Assembly: GCA_041487495.1 (NCBI GenBank) | Contig: JBGPNN010000002.1 | Location: forward strand, 1 to 40,033 | Origin: a bacterium | GTDB taxonomy: Bacteria > Sysuimicrobiota > Sysuimicrobiia > Sysuimicrobiales > Humicultoraceae | Direction: 5' to 3' | DNA: 40,033 nt | Shown: in pieces, positions 34,938 through 40,033 of the stretch | Position numbering within the stretch: position 1 is the first letter of the stretch | Layout: each line of letters begins with the position of its first letter | Program-made: the position numbers and the translations under genes | Notes under the pieces: generated by a model | What the model was told of the DNA's origin: nothing | What the model saw: the letters and a program-made list of their open reading frames with translations, nothing else | The model's database searches: none

Positions 34938-36059
34938 CTATCGCGGCTGTCCGATCACACCTTCCGCCAGCCAGTCCATCCGTCCGATGTCCTGGTTGGT
35001 CAGCACCTGGCCGGTCGCGACGCGCTCCGCACCCCTGTTGTCTTTGATCGGTCCTTGGAAGACGTTCAGTTGCCCGCTGATAAATGCCTGCTTTGCCGCG
35101 TTGATCTGCCGGACCGCACCCTGGGGGACGGCCGGACCGAACGGCGCGATGGTAAAGAAGTCGCTGGCCAAACTGCCGAAGATCGCCTCGGACTTCCAGG
35201 TGCCATCCATCACCTGCCTGGCAAACCGCGTGTACAGGTTCCCCCAGGTGAACGCGATCCCGCTGATCCATCCCTTGGGCGCGAACTTCTGGAGCCCGAC
35301 GAAATGATAACCGACGGAGAAGGCGCCGCGCTTCTCGGCAGTCTGCACGACCGTCAGAGGCGAGTCCACGATCATGGCGACGATATCGACACCTTGATCG
35401 AGCAGCGCGTTCGTCGCCGTGGCCTCCTTCCCGGGATCGAGAAAGGTCCCGGTGAAAACCACACGCGTCTCGAACTTCGAGTTGATCGTGCGTGCCCCCA
35501 GATGAAACGCGTTCACGTTAGCCAAGAAGAAACTGATGGGCAGCGCAACGACGTACCCCGCCTTGCCGCTCTTGCTCGTGCTCCCGGCGGCAATGCCCAT
35601 CAGGTAGAACGCCTCTGGGGTACTCACCCAGTACGTCCCAAAGTTCGGCGCCAGCCTGAACCCGCCGGGATGCTCGAACTTCACATCCGGGTATTTCCTG
35701 GCGACGTTTAACGCCGGATCGAGGTAGCCAAAGCTTGCCGGGATGATCAGCTTGGCGCCCTGGCGGATCATGTTTTCCATGACGCGCTCGGCATCCGCGC
35801 CTTCCGGGACGTTTTCGACCTCAAGCACTTTGACGTTGGGCAGGGCTTTCTGCATGACCTTGATGCCTTCGGCATGGGCCTGGTTGTAGCCGCCGTCATT
35901 GACGGAGCCCACGTGCAGGATGCCCACGATCAACGCCGGTTGCGGCGCGGCCCACGCGGGTGGCTGCCCCGGTCCACCTGCACCCGTGGCAAAGACGAGG
36001 GCGGCGCTTGCGAGCATCACCAGTACCGCGTGCATCGTGCGCAGATGTGTCCGCATCAT
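34938..36059 (-). CDS. BMP-family (PnrA/Med-like) ABC transporter substrate-binding protein, nucleoside/purine type
   Basis: Signal peptide, then LIVGILHVGSVNDGGYNQAH…, typical of basic-membrane-protein SBPs. ATG with GGAGG 8 nt upstream. Confidence 0.85.
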   Translation of the reverse strand: MMRTHLRTMHAVLVMLASAALVFATGAGGPGQPPAWAAPQPALIVGILHVGSVNDGGYNQAHAEGIKVMQKALPNVKVLEVENVPEGADAERVMENMIRQGAKLIIPASFGYLDPALNVARKYPDVKFEHPGGFRLAPNFGTYWVSTPEAFYLMGIAAGSTSKSGKAGYVVALPISFFLANVNAFHLGARTINSKFETRVVFTGTFLDPGKEATATNALLDQGVDIVAMIVDSPLTVVQTAEKRGAFSVGYHFVGLQKFAPKGWISGIAFTWGNLYTRFARQVMDGTWKSEAIFGSLASDFFTIAPFGPAVPQGAVRQINAAKQAFISGQLNVFQGPIKDNRGAERVATGQVLTNQDIGRMDWLAEGVIGQPR

Positions 36060-36080
36060 GGTTTCAGCCTCCTTGATGTG

Positions 36081-36971
36081 TCACTCAGTACCTTGAAAGA
36101 CGCGCCCCAGGCTCGCCGGTGCGGCGTGCCTGCGCGCCCTGCCCCACAGCACCAGCACGCCGAGGCTCAACAGGTACGGAAGCATGTCGAGCAGGAACGA
36201 CGACACCGGGACGCCGCGGGCCTGCATCTGCAGTTGAAAAGCCACCGCCCCGCCGAACAACAACGCGCCCACAATGGCCGTCAGCGGGTGCCACCTGGAA
36301 AAGATCACCAGGGCCACCGCGATGAACCCGCGGCCCGCCGTCATCCATTCGGCCCAGGTCTTGGTCACGCCCAGCGACAAGTGCGCACCCGCGAGCCCGC
36401 CGAGCAGGCCGGCGAGGAAGAGGGCTTGATACTGGACGGTTGCCGGGTTGAGCCCGGCCGCGAACGCGGCGGTGGGATTCTCGCCCACCGCGCGTAGCCG
36501 CAGCCCCCAGCGAGTCGAAAAGAGCGCCCACCAGATCACGATCGCCGTCGGGATCGCGAGGTACACGATCAGGTCGTGGGCGAACAGCATCGGTCCGATC
36601 TTGATCTCATTGATCCCCTCGATGCGGCTACCGATATAGGGTGCGCCCAGCAGTGCCGATGCGCCCACGCCGCAGAACATTAGTGCCAGACCGGAAGCCA
36701 GTTGATTGGCGCGCCGCGAGATCACCAGGTAGCCGAAGATCATGTTGAAGACGGCGCCCGCGAGGGCGCCGGCCGCAGCGCCCAAGATCGTGTTGCCCGT
36801 CTGGACCGTCGTGGCAAATCCGACGACGGCGCCCATCAACATGACACCTTCCAGACCCAGGTTCACGATCCCCGCCCGCTCGCCGACCACTTCGCCGAGC
36901 GTCGCGTACAGCACCGGGGTGCCGGCCACCACCGCGCCGAGCAGGACGCTCTCAACGAGCGTCGCGCTCAC
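36081..36971 (-). CDS. ABC transporter permease (BMP-type importer, second permease)
   Basis: N-terminus VSATLVESVLLGAVVAGTPVLYATLGEVVGERAGIVNLGLEGVMLMG. GTG start in a GTGA overlap with the upstream stop (36968-36971). The 540-aa track ORF is a false extension. Confidence 0.88.
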   Translation of the reverse strand: MSATLVESVLLGAVVAGTPVLYATLGEVVGERAGIVNLGLEGVMLMGAVVGFATTVQTGNTILGAAAGALAGAVFNMIFGYLVISRRANQLASGLALMFCGVGASALLGAPYIGSRIEGINEIKIGPMLFAHDLIVYLAIPTAIVIWWALFSTRWGLRLRAVGENPTAAFAAGLNPATVQYQALFLAGLLGGLAGAHLSLGVTKTWAEWMTAGRGFIAVALVIFSRWHPLTAIVGALLFGGAVAFQLQMQARGVPVSSFLLDMLPYLLSLGVLVLWGRARRHAAPASLGRVFQGTE

Positions 36972-37987
36972 GCCGTCCCCGTGCGGTCGCGCCTGGCGAG
37001 CACGACGAACAGGATCAGGGCCATCAGGATGTTGACCACCGACCCGGGCAGGTGCTGGGTCATCTGCAGAATGTCCCCGCCCGCCGTGATGATGGCGAGC
37101 AGGAACGCGGCTGCCACGATGCCGGCGGGATGCCCTCCGGCCATCCAGGAGATGAGAAAGCCGGCAAAACCGTACCCCGGCGAGAGGCTCGGGCGCAGGC
37201 GCCCCTGAATGGCCGAGACCTCCGTCATGCCCGCGACCCCTGCGAGACCGCCGCCAACCGCCATCGCGAGAATCATGTAGCGATCGATGGCCACGCCACA
37301 CCGCCGCGCCGCCTCGGGATTCCCACCGATGGCGCGCATCTCCAGACCCCACCGGCTGCGCGCCATGATGAACGCGTAGACGATGAGCGCGACGATGGCC
37401 AGTACCGCGCCGAGGTGGACGCGCGTGCCAAAGAACGCCGGCATCGTCGCTGCCGCCGAGAACTGCGCGCTCTGCGGGTAGTTGGCGCTCTCCGGATCCC
37501 TCATCGGACCGAAGACGAAGAAATTCACCAGCAGGATGGCGACGTAGTTCAGCAGCAACGTCGATATCGTCTCGCTGACCCAGCCCTTCGCCCGCATGAA
37601 CCCCGTGATTCCGGCCCACGCGCCGCCTCCGAGAAATCCCAGCATCGTCACCAGCGGCAGCAAGAGCCAGACCGGGAAACCGGCGAAGGTCAGCGCGCCC
37701 CACGTGGCGGCCAGCGCACCGGCGTAGAGTTGTCCTTCCCCGCCGACGTTGATGAGCCCGATCCTCGAGGGGACCGCCACGGCGAGCGCGGTCAGGGTCA
37801 GCGGGATCATCCTGACCAGGACCTCGGAGAATCCGTACCCGCTGGCCAGCGTGGCGGAGAAGATATCCACGTATGCGCGCAGCGGATCCTTGCCGGCCGC
37901 CAGCAACACGACCGCGAAGACCGCGACGGCGAACCCGAAGACGAGCGCGAAGTGGGAAACGCCCGCAGCGCTAGCGCGCCGTTCCAT
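36968..37987 (-). CDS. ABC transporter permease (BMP-type importer, first permease)
   Basis: 339 aa and polytopic. IGLINVGGEGQLYAGALAA is typical of the branched-chain/ribose-like permease family used by BMP systems. 17-nt overlap with the ATPase gene. Confidence 0.88.
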   Translation of the reverse strand: MERRASAAGVSHFALVFGFAVAVFAVVLLAAGKDPLRAYVDIFSATLASGYGFSEVLVRMIPLTLTALAVAVPSRIGLINVGGEGQLYAGALAATWGALTFAGFPVWLLLPLVTMLGFLGGGAWAGITGFMRAKGWVSETISTLLLNYVAILLVNFFVFGPMRDPESANYPQSAQFSAAATMPAFFGTRVHLGAVLAIVALIVYAFIMARSRWGLEMRAIGGNPEAARRCGVAIDRYMILAMAVGGGLAGVAGMTEVSAIQGRLRPSLSPGYGFAGFLISWMAGGHPAGIVAAAFLLAIITAGGDILQMTQHLPGSVVNILMALILFVVLARRDRTGTA

Positions 37988-39554
37988 CGTGCCCCGCGGT
38001 CACGCCACCGGTCATTAGTCGGCCCACCTCGCCGGCCGTCGTGTTATCCGGCGTGAATGCGCCGGCGATCCGCCCGCGATACAGCACGATGAGGCGATCG
38101 CTCAGCGTGAACAGTTCCCCAAGGTCTTCGGAGATGAGCAGCACGCCGGCGCCGCCATCGCGGGCGGCCGCGAGCAGTTCACGGGCGGCGACGGCGCTGG
38201 GCACGTCGAGCCCGCGTGTCGGATAGAACGCGACGATCAGGCGCGGATGGCGAGCCATCTCGCGGACGAGGGCCACGCGCTGGAGGTTCCCGCCCGAGAG
38301 CGATCCGGCCCGCGCGCCGAGCGCCGGCAGCGGCATGGAGAGGCGCTCGATGGTCTGCTCGATATCGGCGCGCACGGCACCCCAGTCCATCGTCAGACCG
38401 CCGTGACGCGCGTACCCACGCGTGTTGCTCAACGCCAGGTTCTCCTCCACGGTCAACGACGGGACGATGGCCATCGCGAGGGGATCCTCGGGGATGAACG
38501 CGACGCCGCCCGCACGGATCCTGGCGACGGGCCACCGCGTCGCGTCGTGGTCGAACAGGAACTTCGTCCCACGGGCGCAGTGCTCGAGTCCTAGGATGAC
38601 GTCACCCAACTCGCGCTGCCCATTTCCCGAGACACCCGCGACGCCCACAATTTCGCCAGGGGCAATTCGCAGGTCGATCTGCTGCAGACTCACGGCGCGG
38701 CCTTCGCCGCGCGTCTCGACGCCGCGCAGCTCCAACAGTGGCCGGCTCTCGGCCTCGCGCATCGCGGCGCGCCGGGGCCGCGCATCGGCAGGCACCGTCC
38801 CAAACATGAGGGAGACGAGGGCAGCTTCGGTGGCGCCTGTGCGCCCCAGCGTTCCCGCCACCCTGCCACGGCGCATGACCGTGATGCGATCCGCGCAGGC
38901 CAGCACGTCGTGGAGTTTGTGCGTGATGAAGACTACGGCGTATCCGTGGCCCCGGAGGTTGGCGAACACCTGGAACAGGGCGTCGATCTCGTGGGGCGCG
39001 AGCACCCGCGTGGGCTCGTCGAGAATCAACACGCGGGCGTCCGCCAGCAGCAGCTTCAACAGTTCGACCTTCTGCTGTTCGCCAATGGACAATTGCCAGA
39101 CGGGCGCGTGCGGGTCGACAGACAGACCGTAACGCTCCGAGACCTCTTCGATGCGCCGGGCGATCTGCGCCTGGTCGACGACGGCCGGCAGGTCCGGCAG
39201 GAAGAGAGCGATGTTCTCGGCGACAGTGAGCGCCGGGATAAGCGTGAATGTCTGGAACACCATCCCGACACCGAGACGGCGCGCATCGTGCGGCGAACGG
39301 ATCTGCACGGGGCGGTCATGGAAGCGGATCTCGCCGGCGTCCGCGCGGTAAAGGCCGTAGAGGACCTTCATCAGCGTGCTCTTGCCGGCGCCGTTTTCCC
39401 CCAGGAGCGCGTGGATCTCGCCGCCGTAGACATCCAGATCGACGCGGTCGTTGGCGAGAACACCGGGGAAGGATTTCGTCATGCCCCGGGCGGAGAGCAG
39501 CAGCTCGCGCGGCGCAACGGGCACGGGGGCGCTCGATTCCGCGGAGTGCGCCAT
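37971..39554 (-). CDS. ABC transporter ATP-binding protein with duplicated NBD (sugar/nucleoside importer type)
   Basis: First NBD has GENGAGKSTLMK, LSIGEQQKVELLK and LILDEPT. The second NBD has the degenerate Walker A GVAGVSGNGQREL plus LSGGNLQRV, typical of RbsA/NupO-like proteins. I prefer the ATG at 39554 as the start. The track gives a GTG at 39587. Confidence 0.9.
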   Translation of the reverse strand: MAHSAESSAPVPVAPRELLLSARGMTKSFPGVLANDRVDLDVYGGEIHALLGENGAGKSTLMKVLYGLYRADAGEIRFHDRPVQIRSPHDARRLGVGMVFQTFTLIPALTVAENIALFLPDLPAVVDQAQIARRIEEVSERYGLSVDPHAPVWQLSIGEQQKVELLKLLLADARVLILDEPTRVLAPHEIDALFQVFANLRGHGYAVVFITHKLHDVLACADRITVMRRGRVAGTLGRTGATEAALVSLMFGTVPADARPRRAAMREAESRPLLELRGVETRGEGRAVSLQQIDLRIAPGEIVGVAGVSGNGQRELGDVILGLEHCARGTKFLFDHDATRWPVARIRAGGVAFIPEDPLAMAIVPSLTVEENLALSNTRGYARHGGLTMDWGAVRADIEQTIERLSMPLPALGARAGSLSGGNLQRVALVREMARHPRLIVAFYPTRGLDVPSAVAARELLAAARDGGAGVLLISEDLGELFTLSDRLIVLYRGRIAGAFTPDNTTAGEVGRLMTGGVTAGHDGTAR

Positions 39555-39606
39555 AGGCGCACTTCTTCCCCGCGGAGGGTCGGTCACACCTTCAGCATAC
39601 GCGGAA

Positions 39607-40033
39607 CTAACGAACTTCTTGCCAGCTCAGCGGGCGGACCAGGACCTCGGCGGTCCGCCCCACTCCCACCGTGCGCATGACGTCGGGCCGATAGCGCACC
39701 ACCATGAGACCGCCGTCGTTGAGGAGTCCCTGTCCGGTCACAATCGCGCCCGACACGTCGAGCCTCGCATGGTAGACCTCAAGGCCGGTGCCTGCGAGCA
39801 CCATCCCGTCGACAATCACCGTGGATTCCGGAGCCAACCGGATCGCGCCGCCATCCCCGAACGCAATCACCCCGGGCAGCGCCGTGATGGCCGCGCTGTG
39901 GCGCACCTCGAGCCGCGCCCGCTCCGCCACCCACACGACCCCCTTGACCACGAGGGCGCCCTCGTCGATGCGCAGCGCCCCCCGGATGGTCACGATCCCG
40001 TCCACAAAGACCATCCCGACCAGCCCCAGTTCC
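39607..40033 (-). CDS. Hypothetical protein, C-terminal part (5' end outside the window); beta-strand-repeat-like
   Basis: The frame is open to the window edge. The sequence shows Gly/Val-rich short repeats (…GIVTIRGALRIDEGALVVKGVVWV…VIVDGMVLAGTGLEVYHARLDVSGAIVTGQG…) suggesting a beta-helix or beta-solenoid. I recognise no family. Confidence 0.4.
   Translation of the reverse strand, partial: ELGLVGMVFVDGIVTIRGALRIDEGALVVKGVVWVAERARLEVRHSAAITALPGVIAFGDGGAIRLAPESTVIVDGMVLAGTGLEVYHARLDVSGAIVTGQGLLNDGGLMVVRYRPDVMRTVGVGRTAEVLVRPLSWQEVR

Noticed and set aside
39597-39609. PurBox-like sequence (minus strand AGTTCCGCGTAT) upstream of the BMP-type importer, which might link it to the purR in this window
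   Set aside because: It matches only about 8 of the 13 positions of the B. subtilis PurBox consensus as I recall it (AWWWCCGAACWWT). It is a single copy with no inverted partner, and it overlaps the stop codon of the upstream gene. This is too weak to call.

Overview
GC-rich, almost gap-free bacterial chromosomal window. I accept 36 protein genes, 34 on the minus strand. Many are joined by ATGA/GTGA start-stop overlaps. The ORF track prints M for GTG/TTG starts (checked by hand at several sites), and many of its longest ORFs are antisense artefacts or carry false N-terminal extensions. I re-set starts where a Shine-Dalgarno (SD) sequence or an upstream stop allowed it.

Content in coordinate order:
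1. 1-8259: the tail of a peptide-type ABC importer (permease fragment plus two family-5 binding proteins), followed by a Gfo/Idh/MocA oxidoreductase, two amidohydrolases and an isochorismatase-family hydrolase. This looks like an uncharacterised amide or N-heterocycle catabolic locus.
2. 8340-14854: a TetR - TolC - HlyD - NBD - NBD - ABC-2 permease tripartite exporter resembling E. coli cecR-ybhGFSR. It has a sigma-70-like promoter and a perfect 22-bp palindromic operator.
3. 14858-15460: an orphan SUKH/SMI1-KNR4 (immunity-protein-like) gene.
4. 15497-22692: a housekeeping block with Bacillota-type gene order (yabE-like G5/3D protein, rsmA, ispE, Bacillus-type purR), interspersed with an aminotransferase, an LCP protein and a nucleotidyltransferase.
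5. 22995-26069: meaB and a plus-strand membrane-GAF-HD-GYP protein.
6. 26076-39554: a 13.5-kb co-directional string. In transcription order it holds a BMP/nucleoside-type ABC importer, an orphan DUF1116 (YlbE-like) gene, a 440-aa protein whose C-terminus looks like an Hfq/Sm domain, an acyl-CoA carboxylase beta subunit, DinB, GNAT, biotin carboxylase, BCCP, and a methylmalonyl-CoA mutase catalytic subunit.

I saw no rRNA, tRNA, CRISPR array, transposase or integrase. The most unusual items are the Hfq-like fusion protein inside the carboxylase/mutase string, the orphan DUF1116 gene, the exporter with one degenerate NBD plus its operator, and the roughly 300-nt structured non-coding region upstream of the yabE-like gene. 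All family assignments come from motif recognition by eye. No database search was possible.
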